A stretch of 64,000 nt of DNA from Klebsormidium nitens (Eukaryota; Plantae; Klebsormidiophyceae), in assembly GCA_000708835.1 (NCBI GenBank), contig DF237346.1, positions 1 through 64,000 on the forward strand, written 5' to 3'. The translations under genes and the position numbers were made by a program. The notes under the pieces are model-generated. The model was not told the DNA's origin and made no database searches. It saw only the letters and a program-made list of their open reading frames with translations. Positions 44,576-56,900 of this stretch are shown piece by piece. Within the stretch, counting starts at the first letter, position 1; the number at the start of each line of letters is the position of its first letter.

Positions 44576-47500
44576 CTAGGTGCAGAAAGTCGGCTGGTAG
44601 GTGTAAACAAAGTTGGTCTTGGTCTGGTCGCCCCTAACCCACGTGGTTAGTGACTGCATCTGCTCGAAGAGGAACTTGGCGTTGCGGACGACGGTCCCGG
44701 TGTAGTCCTCGGAGGAGAGCTCGTACTTGAAAGACGCCTCAACGAGGACTGCACAATGGAGCAAAAGTCTTCAGTCCGATGAATCATCAAGGAATGAATT
44801 TTGGGTGGCTGATCGAACAGTCGCTCCATCTCCGAAGTGGTACAAGGGGGAATTTGCTCCAACCAGGACCGCGGGAAGCCGTTTCCAAGATTGGCAATAT
44901 GAGTAGACAATTCCAAATGAATAATTAATCGCTCTGATACACGTCAGTGGGGCCGACGACGACTTCGAGTTGCCTGCTTTTTGCAAAGGACCTAAGCGGT
45001 GGCCCAATGGTGTTACTAAACACTAGCGGTCGCCCGCTCATAAGAATCCGCAAAGCACTAGCCCACTTGCCGAAGATAGAGGGAAAGCTTCACGTCCGTA
45101 AGTTTCGAACGTACATACACGTGATAGGAGAAGCAACCAAGGTCTATGATCGGCTTTCAACGGAATCACGTGTGGCTCCAAACTGCAGCAGCTTTGTGCA
45201 AGTCCTTCTTTTGACGCGAATCACGGCCAACGACTCGACCTCAAGACGGCATTTCAGAAAAGCCCTTGCAGCGCTCTGCAGAAGATTTCTACCGAGGGAG
45301 GCCTAAAAGAAAAGTCGAGGTCTTGGCCGAAGCACGTTTGACGGCAACAGTCCGACATCATTGCCAGTACAAGGTGAATACATTTAACAGCCTTCTAATC
45401 AGGATATGTAATCGGCAAGCATCCCTGGTTTATCCCGAATTCTTACCGGGCGAGGTGGCCGTTGGTGACGTGTACCAGACGGTCACCGAGAATTCGCAGC
45501 TCAGAGCTCCGAGGTCGACAGTCTGCGGTTCGGACGAAACAGGTCCGGTTAGTATAACCCGCAAGGGGTTCCGATTGCGCCCGAAGAGGTCCGTTAGAAT
45601 TTCAAACGGCAACGTAATACATGATCAGGAAGATAAGATCGGCGATCCTTTCTAGTCTGTAGATATGGCCTGACAAAAAGTCCGGGTTTGAAATCGAGCT
45701 CCCGTCGTCTTCTTGGACGTGCTCATCGACGGCCCACCAAATCCTTGGTGAATACCAAGAAAGGTTCCCCGTATTTGGATTAACTTGCCCTCAAGAAGTC
45801 TGGGTTCAGAAGCGGGTTATTACCTCGTCTTTGTAAACACGCTCCTCAATTGTGAGCCCGCCAACCTTGACCAGCGCGAGTGAGTCGGAGTAGCCGTACT
45901 TGTCACGGAAGCCGTGGAACTGCTCGTTGATGTCTTGCATCTCGTTCAGGTTCTTGCTGCAGAGGAGGGACCGTTTGTTGCACTCATATACTGCCTTCTC
46001 TTTCGACGTGCGCTTCTCGTGAAATTAAAGACTGAACCGAGAGAGACACCTCTTGGCTTATTGTAGGGAAAGTGAATTGGTCTTAGAAACATCCTGAGAT
46101 ATGGGCACAGGGCTTTTGAACACATCCAATAGATGCTCTCATTTATGCGGATGGTTCTCTACGTGCTGTGTGCAAGAAAGCAGCAAACCAATCTCGAAGC
46201 GACGCAGAAGGTTTCAAAAGCGATTTCCAACCGCAGCTACTATTACCAGTCTAAGCAGGCATGTTTGCACTCACTTTAGCCTGCACCAACACTGACCTGC
46301 ACTAACGCTGACCTGCACTAACACTGACCTGCACTAACACTGACCTGCACTGACCCAACCTGCACTAACCCAACCTGCACTCACCCAGCACCGATGCTGA
46401 CCGTGTTCGAACTGGACCACTTGGAATTGAAGGGAGCAGCAATATCCTCTTCGAACTTGGAGCTGCCGGGGTCGACTGCAGTAGACAATCAGCGTTCCGA
46501 ATGAGGAAAAGCGGGTTGAAAGGCTCTTTGAAACCGGTCGAAGCTCTGATTATGAACTGAACAGCCGTAAGTCGGTTTTATGCCGCAGCTTAAGTAGTCT
46601 GCCTTCGCAGCTCGGTCCAGCGGTACGCATGTGCCAAGCCAGTAGTGGTGACGCAATCAAAACGGCCTAAAACCAGTTGTACTTGTTATGTTGGCCTTCT
46701 CAAAATTCAGCTTCCCAGTAAAGTGGTTCTAGCTACACGAGGAAGAGATCCAAGAATGGACTTCAGTGATATTATCCCTCGCTTCAGTACAACTCACAAA
46801 GAGCTCCTGCAGGCTCGTCAAGGCTTCAAGGCTCGTTATGGAACGTGCATGATTCACTACAGAGGAGGCACAGCGAGCCGGACCTCGGGAGTTTACAAAC
46901 TACTGAAAAGAAAAAGATGCGAGTACACATGTACGACAATAAGCACAACGTCGAACTTCAGACATGTGGTATGTACCAGAGGTGACGTCCTCCTTGGCAG
47001 CAATGTAGCGGTCCGGGGAACGGAACTTGAGGGTCACCTCGCGCGCGCCGCCCTCGTTGCGCTCACGGTATGCGTAGCCATTCTTGTTGACCAGGCATGT
47101 TCCTGCGCATAGCAGAACGAAAGGTTCAGTATTCCTTAATTCTCGAGTGCTTCGAACTCCAAAAACGTAGCTTCTTTGTGCGGACCTTTGTCAGCCCATC
47201 CAGTCGGAATGCTAAGAAGTTCGAACAGGGCGTCAAGGGATCTCTTTACTACACAGAAGCTTAGAGATGGTTTGAATGTGCACTTTGATGAAGCAGCAAC
47301 GAGGGTGTTTCTCCCGAAAATTTCAATATCCGAAGCTCGCTTTGAATAGGATATCTTGCATAACGAGGATAGAAAGGGCCAATCGCCAGGACTTGTTACG
47401 CCTGCAGTAAGCGTAGTCTACTCTGCAGACTGATGCTGCTAGAACAGGGGGACTAATGTACCAAATCCCGTCACTTCTTATGCTGTACATAGTGTCACGT

Positions 47501-49352
47501 AACAAGATATCAAACAGGAAACTTTCCATTTTTGACATAAGCTGTCACAGGTGCTGCAGCTGTTTAAGGTTCAGTGGCCTGGGGCCTGGGCCTTCCCTTT
47601 CAGAGTTTCGTTTGCTACCATGGGCTACACCTTATAAATTGGTGTGTAACAACAATTGAGACTGAAAGCATATCCTGCTGCAGTCTGGAATCACTCAAGG
47701 CTAAAAATAAAAGGGTTAACCGCCATATTTGCCCACCCTGGGTGTCGTAGAAGGAGATAGCCCGGGAAGTGCGGAGGTCGAAGGCACTCCCCCCGATGGT
47801 GCAGCAAGTAATCTTGGGGGCAAGGGCGGTCCACCAGTTGCGCACCTGCCAGCAATGCTTGTTGTCAAAACTTCCCTATCCTCAAACGACCAGGAACTTA
47901 CAGGTGACTTGAATTAACCAGTGGAGTACCTGTTCTTATGGCCCATGAAGTAATGGATCTACGGCAGCTGCCTCCTGGTCCCTCCTGCATATAAGGAGGT
48001 TATGCCGGAACCCAGCTTGTTGAGAAGTGGTTAAGCTTTCCTTGCCTTGGTTGTTTTACCTGTAGAAACAGTCAACAGACACCTACCAAATTTTCATGAA
48101 GGCAACACTTCTGAGTTAGATTGCCTTCCTCAGCTTAGTGACCCAACTTTCGCATCTCAATGACCCCGCCAATACTTACTGCGGTCTGGGTGGCGGCAGA
48201 CCCCGGCGCGCCAGCAAACTTGGTCTCGTCCAGCAGGATCTTGTACTCGCGAGACCCGACCAGGGGGCTGCAAGCAGCGGCATCAGCACCTGGTGAAACA
48301 GGGATTCAGAGAGGTCAACTTTTGATCCAGATTCAGTCTTCGTCATTCAATATCTGGCAGGTACGATTGTCTGGCAGGTACGATTGTCAAGGAGTTGTAT
48401 GCTCATTGTGATAAGGGAGGAGGTCAAAAAAAGGGGATGACTGAGCAGATTGCGTGAATGATTCTATGAAGCAGGGTCCAAAGCAAACGTTTCAATGTGC
48501 GCATACATGCTAAGGTGGATAGCCAATGAGCTCTTGAGAGATGCTGACTGCATCATTGAAGTGAAAAAGATTCAGAGACATGTCCAACTGTTTGGAAAAT
48601 CCTCTCGAAAGATGAGCGGTTGTGTGGAAAGATCGGTAGGATCAGTAACCAATAAGATTCCTTGGTGCCATAGACATGGAGTTTGAGGACCCGAGTACCA
48701 GGTTGATGTTGAATGCAAGCTTGGCATATCATCGCCGATTGTTTGAGCGCCAGTGAAAGCAGGGGAATCGCATCGATGGCTTTGGTTTGATATTTGCGCT
48801 GAGGCGTCAACATGCAATAGTTGGACAGCAAGAGGATGCTTTGGGCCGCTCTGTAAATCAACCTGGTGAATTACAGGGAGTAATACAAGACTTGCGCGAA
48901 TGAGCGCTGCAGCAGCCTGGAGGCAGCTTGAGCAATGTGGGTTCCACCAATCTGTGTCCGGAAAGACTACTTGCCTAGCAGGGATTTGAAAGACAGTCTC
49001 AGGATTCTTTTGGGAGGCGACAAATTGGCCGCTCGTATTCCTGCTAAGCTCGCCATCAATGCTTGTCATACATAAGCAGAGGAATGGTACAGGAAAAAAA
49101 GAATGATACACAACTATCCCAGCACCACCAGTACTACTATTGAAATGCAAGCAATTGATGTGATTTCGAATAGAAATGTATGTCAGGAACTGAATACTAT
49201 ACTGATGGGCACCCAAATTCCCTAATATGCCTGCGTTATTGATCAGAACAGATCCAGACAGGAAGAGGCACAGGCTCACCTTGGAAAAGCAGGCATGCTG
49301 ATGCGAGCACAATAGCCACGATGGCCAGCTGGGTGGCGGTCACGGAGGCCAT
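44576..49352 (-). CDS. Secreted CYTH/triphosphate-tunnel-metalloenzyme-like protein, 8 exons, ~296 aa
   Basis: Exons 49352-49280, 48289-48180, 47845-47737, 47102-46977, 46475-46385, 45956-45824, 45522-45447 and 44748-44576 are all GT-AG and in phase (891 nt). The protein begins with a signal-peptide-like MASVTATQLAIVAIVLASACLLFQGADA, followed by CYTH-like motifs SREYKILL, ISFYDT, YRER, EVTLKFRSPDRY, KFEEDI, VEASFKY and TKTNFVY. Confidence 0.75.
46280..46385. repeat. Tandem repeat of ~15-16 bp unit (acctgcactaacactg), ~7 copies, at the 5' end of intron 5 of the CYTH-like gene
   Basis: cctgcaccaacactga cctgcactaacgctga cctgcactaacactga cctgcactaacactga cctgcactgacccaa cctgcactaacccaa cctgcactcaccc. 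On the minus strand the first unit is the true donor (GG|gtgagtgcagg). Confidence 0.9.
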
Positions 49353-52300
49353 GGCGGTAGGGCACACGTCCAAACGGTCCTGAGCTTTTCTGATAAACGT
49401 ACCTTTGGTGATCGCAAATGCAGAGCACACAACGCCTGATGTGAGGGGTCAGTTGTTCCTAGCAGGGACACGGAAGGCTGGGGTGCAAATGTTGTAGGAC
49501 ATTGGAGCAGTGGACAAGGAACGTCAGGGAAGCGATGAGTGCTGTGCTCGGAGCTCCCTCGCTACAACAGCACAGCTGAGCACAACCAAGCACAGCCGCT
49601 GCTGCGGCGCTGGTGTGGATCAATTTGGAAGTGTCGTCACGCTGACCTCAGCAGATGCCTAGCTCACCCTATTGCACTGCGCAGCGGAATCGGGGATTCC
49701 ATCGAATGAGCTCCCCATATTTAAAGCAATAGAGAAAGGACTCATTCTCAAAGCCAGCGACATTATTTCGCCCAGTTTTTCAGCCGGCAGGGGACCTCAG
49801 CAACACAGGAATTGGAATCACAATTCAGTATCCATTGTTCAAGGAAAGGAGAGGAGTGAAAGTGGAGGGCTGAGCTTCGCAACGAGTTCTTCAGTTCTTC
49901 GACCGAGCCATGACATGTGCACCTGTGCTGTGCGGCCAGCTGGCAATCCGCAATTATACTCCGTGCCTCCGAATATTCTTGAGGGATGACCACATACATT
50001 GGTACTCGGCTGTCGCCGGAAACTAGCCCGGCGCAAATGACCACCTAGGTCATGCCGGTTCAAGACTTTAACCTTACCGGTAAACTGCTATGCCCGGTAA
50101 CGGGGCCAGCCTGCAGGAAATGATTAAGGACATGGGTTCCCTTGCGCATTTTACGGGGCCAGCCGGCGTGAACTTGCTCGACTTCCCGGGCTGTTTCCCC
50201 GGACTATGAGCATCAAAAACACAGTGCCTTGTCGCATTTATTAGGGCATCTTAAGCTGATTGACACGTCAGCCCGGAGAAGGGTGCCAATCATTGCACGG
50301 CCGGAGCATCGGATACGGCCGAGTCCCCGGTCTCTACTAGCTTCCCTACAGTACTCCAACCGGGGACTCCCAAGACTCCACTCGACCAGTGGCAGAGTGG
50401 CCCGTTCAGTAGGTATGTCAGTCGGAGTTGTCAAGTGATACGTTCAAAGAAGGCCGCATGCCCACCGAGGCACTAATTGACTTCCTCCTCAGCTGAACCT
50501 ATGCGACGGTCCTTCGCAGCCGGTTGCACTTTGCCAGTACTGCACGCGTGAGTGTTAAACAAGTTGGATCATATCAGTCATGAAGCAAGGCTTTCGAACG
50601 AAGTCTACGGATCTCTGCATGCTGCATACCGTATGATAATGTAATCACGCTCGTGCTAGTGACGTCCGGCCTAGACGGTGATTACAAGATATTTGTAGTG
50701 GCACTGCTCCTACGTCACCGCATGCGCGGGCCCGTCAGAACGGTGTTTCAGGCAACGATTTATCAACGTGTAACTCTGTAGCCTGACGTACTAGTGTTAT
50801 GGTCTACCCGTGGCACTTGTCCTCGTGCGTAAAGGGCCGCGCATCAGAACATACCGGCGGCCAGGGTATATCGTTCAAGCTCCATCTCTCTGCAATGAGC
50901 GCGAAATCCGGGCACGGGCCTTTTGAAGAGGAAGAGAGTTTAGTAGCAACGAATACCCAGGAGCTTTGATCTTCGGACAAGCTTCGAACACTCGGAACAC
51001 TCCGATGCTTCAACGTTCAATTGAGAAGGGCCGCGCTCTTGGCGGCAACGGCGATGCCAGAAGTCAAAGCACTTGAGTCAGGTATACGTACCACGGAAGA
51101 CTGCCAAAATGTATGCGCAAAGCTGGATTAATGGTGTCGATATAGTACCTGCATAGAAGTGAATTAAGATATATCGTGCGTTGAGGTTGCAGCGCTGTGT
51201 TTGCCTGATCGAGCACAGTCCCAATGTTGCATCTGATTTTCAGAATCAAGGCCCATCAACTCCGCGCAAGAGTGAGGAGGAGGCTCACCTGCAACTACTT
51301 GGGGGAATTCAAACACACAGTCGGTTTGGCGGTACTGTGAAACCGACGAGATGTCTCGAAATTAAAGAACGGCCTCCGCCTCGAAGGGAAGATAAGACAC
51401 CAGGGTACTAAGAACGAGAAGCAGAGGTAAGAAGAAGAGAAGGAGTTGGGGATGTCTGTCGGTGGGATAAAACAAGAAGGAATAAACCAAAATTTCCACA
51501 CCATCAATCTCAGATAATAAATTTTGCACGTTTAATCAAGTCAGGTGTCATCCGTTTGAAAGAATTACAGAAGCGACCGAAATCCGGAAATGCCCACTTG
51601 CGACGGAAAAGTAGCTGCCGGCCAGGCGAAGTGTCCGAAATGGATGAAGAATTGAATCAAAATTCCAGCGGCGCTTCTGAACATGGCACTGATCAGGGAT
51701 GGCAAAACATTCTCGTTGAAGTCGTCGCACTCGATTGATCCGAAATTGTTTTAAGAAAGGCGCCTCCGCGGGATGGTACCCCTCCGTTGCAAAACTGGAA
51801 GCATGTGCAAGAGCTGTGATCGCATGTGCATAGTGCCATGCGATTGAATCCCAAAGCCAGAGACAACTGTAGAGGGGATAGTGCAAACAGATAAGGTGTA
51901 AAAGTGCCTGATGCCACGGAGGATGGCCTTTTTCGCGCGCCGCAAGTCGCTCCAGCGTAATGCACACTCGAGTGTCCAGGGTGACTGTGCCAGTACTAGT
52001 CTGTTCAAGTAAACCATACATCCGGTTTTGAGGTGCTAGACGACGATTGATGGATTGAGGACAAGCTGAAACGGAGACCTTGAATTTAGACAATAGAGTA
52101 GTCACTCCCACAAAAATTTAAACCGAAAAATGGAACAGTACTGGCAATGTCCTGCAGGTAATCATGCGCGAAGGTCAAGGAAAACAGAATGTAGTATCCG
52201 GCCTCAAAAGTTTGAAGAAAGCGAGCCCAGTGGGGTTTGCATTGCGAAATTTCACCTTTTCAAATGTGTGATCGTTTTCCTGAGTTGACAACTCTTCAGA

Positions 52301-53919
52301 GCTACGAGATTCTCGAAATCTTTGTTACGTGTTCCACTGTCGTGATACGCGCCAGAGTCACATGTATATTCAGCCCGAACACGTCGGGGCATTTACCGGT
52401 CAGCTTGCACTACTTTCGAGAACGATCATTGGTCAGCTGGCTGAGCAGATGCATTTGATTACAGTTGCTGATCGTTGCCGTGGGCTTCATGAAAGAGGAG
52501 TATGGCTGACTCCTCACTATATTGTCCTGACATGACGGCTGACAGCAGTGTATTAAAGCTCTCTCATCGCGGATTGGAACCTGTCCCGGGAAAAAAATAA
52601 AATGCGGTTCAACATTTCGCTTGAGCCCGGTCCGTACTCAATCCGACCAACTAGTCGTCTTCCAGAATTAGCACTCGGTCAAGGTTGAATTATACCGTGA
52701 AGGTAGTAAAGACTCTGCGCGGCACCTTTCGGATATCGATGTAGCACGGATTAGCCGATGATTACGTGTCGCGGCCCGCTGGCAACAAGATCCCCGGCTG
52801 GGATAACCTGGACACGCACACCAGCACACAGTACTATCCTTTGCTAATACTTGTCTATCCTAGCGCATTGAGGTGCAATCCTATTGTCTCAAAGTATTCC
52901 ATGGTTACGACTCGGATGCCGCTGCGCCGACTGCGCGCGCAGCGGTCGTATGGCTGCCTGCGACGACGCCGGTCCCCAGCGCCTTGAGTCAAAGGGTGCT
53001 AGAAAACATGGCAGGCCGGCTACTGAGCTCAATGAGTCACCAGGTCGGAGGCTCTTGCCGCATGATCGTTACACCTGTCAGCTTGCCGAGCCACTGCCAC
53101 GTGGCGTGGTCAGAGTCGCGCGAATCAGGTGCGGGCTGCCCGCCTGCGCCATGGCGAGACATCAGTACTGAAGCGGACGCAGCGGGTCACCGTGAATTCT
53201 TAAAGGCGTCAAAGCACTCTATTTATTCTCTCCTTTTTTGCATCAGCAGGAGTAAAATTGCATCCGTTTTGACTCTGTATCGCGTGATTCGCACCCTTGA
53301 GGATAGATTTGGCACGCGCGGCCGCGTACCGCAAGCATCCGGCGCGGCCGGCCGGGGGCCACGATTCAGAGCGGCCGCGGCGGCGGCCGAACTGTGACCC
53401 CCCCCCGCTTACGTGGCACGCGGCCGCGGGCTCCAGACGCGCTCGGATGCCGCGCCAATTGCTTGAGTAAGCAACTTCGAATTTTGCAGAATATTACATA
53501 ATGCTTTCCATAGGAATGGGAAGTTTTTGAAGTTCGATGATTGTCGGAAACTCATCACCGTCAGAAGGAAGGTGATTTGCGCGGGTTGACGGCACAGATC
53601 TGCTGCCCCGTCACCGCCAATCTCGGGTGGCGGCATAGGGCCTCCATACGCAGGCGGAACTGCGAGTGGATCAGTAACGTAACCTGAGGTTACGTTACTA
53701 AAGCTGGTCTGACGTCAGGGTCACCGAAACTAGCATGATGGGGCTAGTTTCGGCTGAGACGGTGATGAGTGATGTGTCCCTTTTGACGTTTTGTTCATAC
53801 CAGAGTCAGAGATTTGAGGGGCCGCTGTTTAGATCAGAACGACTTGTAGGAGGCGCTGCGGCTGTGCACCTCTATAGCAGTGAGACGTCTCAGTGGATTG
53901 TGACGCGTCGAGGCTCAAT

Positions 53920-56900
53920 ATGGCTGCGTTGCTTGAGAGCCCGTGTGGTGCAACGAGTGAGGTTGCAGGGAGGAGTGAGGGAGTCTTCAGCAACGACGAG
54001 ATGACCATGCGCAGAAAAGGCGAGCTGAGCGAGTGGGTAGGAGGGCGGGTGAAAATTTCTCAGCAGCGCCGCCTTTGGCAGGCGCTCAACGCTGCTCAGC
54101 AAACTCTTTTGAATTGAGTGTTGAAGCGACCAGAATGAACAAGCGCCAAAGTGAGGCGCTTTTGTTCAAGAGGCTCGCTAGAGGCGACTATCTGGCGTCG
54201 CTGACTCATCTTTGAATTGTTTCCTTGCCTTGTCTCAAAGTTCTTTTCAGTTTTCTCGCTCGTCCTGAGGAACTCAAGTCGGACCAGGCACCGAAGCAGG
54301 ACGCCTCAGCTCTTTGACATACAAGGGCTTCGCACCCACGCTTGAAAAGTTCGTAAGAATTCCCTAAGAGTTCCACAATACCGTCCATAGAATCGTACTA
54401 ACCGCCCGTGGGCGCTGGCCGTATCTTCGGTCGGCGGCAGCGCGGCCGCGATGGCCGCGGCTAGCCGGCCGCGGCCGCACCGGGCCGGGCGGCTTGCGAC
54501 TGGCGGCCGCGAACGTCGGCAAAGAACGTGCTTGAAGCACGCGCCAGGGACGAAAGGTCTGCTCAACTGAAAGTACTAGGGACGCTGCGCTTCCTCGACG
54601 TTCTACAGCTTTCGCGAGGCTTGCGTCACAAGCTTTGCCCTCCTTCTCAAAACTGCATAGACGATTGCAAGGATGGAATGCTTCAGCGGGATGATGCACT
54701 TCGCGGATGGCAAGAAGCTGACACCACAGCAATTTCAGTACCTCATGCTTTTCTGCAACATCCCGAGATTCAAGCGGAACGTGGAGCTCTTGAAAAGCCA
54801 CTCTGATCCGCTCAGAGAGGCGGTGGGACTGCCGTTGGGAGAGGAGGGGGAGTACTTTGTGAGCAGCCAAGAGTATGAAGGATTGTCAGAAGAACTGAAG
54901 GTAAGCCTTTGAACGGATTCTTTCGCTATTGTGTACGGAAAGATGCGAGCTTTATCCAGAGCATATATGACCACTCCCTTTGTTTCACTAGACCTATCCC
55001 CTGAACAATATAAGATTGAGAATTTTAGAAATTTATAGCACTTGTACTGTCTGAGACCTTCTCGACTTGAATCAAATTTGAAGAACGGAGGCGGAAGTGA
55101 CTCGACCCTTGGAAGCTAAGAAAAGAATATGACGGTGGTTTGACCAAGGATAGTTGGACTTTTGAACAACCACTTTTGTTAATTATTGTCTGTTCCACGA
55201 ATATTGGTTTCTGTTTGTTCAAAACATTTGAGGGTCTCATCACCTCACCTCTCCTTCTGGGCAATACCGCAGGTTAAAGTACAACGGGATCCTCTATCCT
55301 CTATTTATATCTCTTCTGAACCAGGCGCTGTCAATCACACTCCATGCTGATGCGAAGCTTGGGGTTACCTTGGGGATGTATCTGCTGATTGGGCTTAGCT
55401 TGAGTCAAATCCTACGAACGTCACAGTAAATCAAGACCCGGTTGAAGGACGCTTTTCAGTATGGGCAGGGAGAAGTAAGTCCACCACCAATCTGATAAGA
55501 GGAGACTTTTCAGACGATGCTTTTCTCACAATACGCAGTGAGATATCAGAGCGCATAGGTACTTAAAAAGGGGACTTTCCAGTCGGAAGCGTTCTCAAAA
55601 TCGTTTTAAGACCGTACTTATTCCTGGTCCTGATTAATAGTGCGTCCTCGGGCTGAGATTTCCCCCTCGATCCAGACCATTTTAAAGACAAACTTTTGAT
55701 CAATATAATGGGAACTGCATCTCCGCTATTGCCAGGTCAACTTGCAATGTTCTGGGATTCCGATGCCTGCAGGAAGCCGTTCGCAACTTCTCCAACAAGT
55801 TAAATGGGGTTCGCTGGTACAACGGTGCGGGCATCAGTGTCGAATGCGAAACACCTGCCGGTGTTCCGGACTTGTATTGGTGTCACTGGAGGCCCTCAAC
55901 CACCTACAGGGGAATCAAGTGAGAGGACTAGTCAAAAACCTTCAGAAGATGGTTGGGGCAATTGAATAAACTCTCAAATCCAGTCCTTCGTGCTGAAAGC
56001 TTAGAAGGGAGCATGCGACCCCTGCCTCATACTCCAGATTCATACTTTGATGCCTACTTGATTAGTGCGCAAAAGAGTGGACTGGAAAGATCGTATTATT
56101 TTTGGACGTGGTAGTTGCGAGCAGAGCAGAATCATAATCTCCATCATGAGACTTTTCATTCCTTACATAGGAAAAGTAGATTCATTGATGTGGAGGTTTC
56201 GCGCTTCGAGTGCGGTCCTAGCTACCACGCTGGCTTTCTTTCTGGCTTAGTATTTCATTGGCGTTAAGTACTACCGAAAGAAATTACTAGCAGAGTCTAA
56301 AGCATTTACGTGATCCGCAGGTGGATAGGTTACTTCGGCAAAAGTATCACGTTTTTTCATGCGACCGAGTGGATGCAATGGATCTCCAAAAACATCCTGC
56401 AGAAGTGGGGGCTGCGGCTTGAAGGAGAGATTTGGTACCAAGGCAAGTGGATTTTATGCCGCCTAATCGGCGCCAGTCGCTCATCGTGTCCTTCATATCT
56501 CAGATTGGTCGAGAAACGTTTTGTAGACCCTGCGAAGTAGGCAGACCACACGCTTGTTCGCTTCTCTGAACCTTCAAAATACGGAGAATGTTGTACAATT
56601 TCGAATGCAAAGGACTGACCTTCAAAGGTTTCTCGATATTCTGCAACAACTGATTGAAGAAAAGCACGGCTAATCGTAACATACAGAATCACTTAGACTC
56701 CCACATTCGTTGCATACCTGCTTGCGGATGAGCATCGATTCTAAAACCGGCTCATGCATATCGTCGCAGCCATTTTTTTACAATCTGAAGAATTGATTCT
56801 GAGGCCGGCTTTCTATGCACATCCTTGCAGCAATTTATTCCAATCTGAAAGCCTTGTTGTTCTACAGGTGAAAACAGATCACTAACGGGCAGATTTGTAG

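Noticed and set aside
48572-49312. 246-aa minus-strand ORF, briefly considered a non-LTR retroelement remnant (GILGNLG)
   Set aside because: No RT or endonuclease motifs in any frame. It lies almost entirely within intron 1 of the CYTH-like gene.
50800-53400. Several short ORFs, including the Cys-rich MALCTCDHSSCTCFQFC (minus strand, ~51840) and 52873-53397
   Set aside because: No recognisable motif and no consistent splice model. A poorly conserved gene cannot be excluded without RNA-seq.
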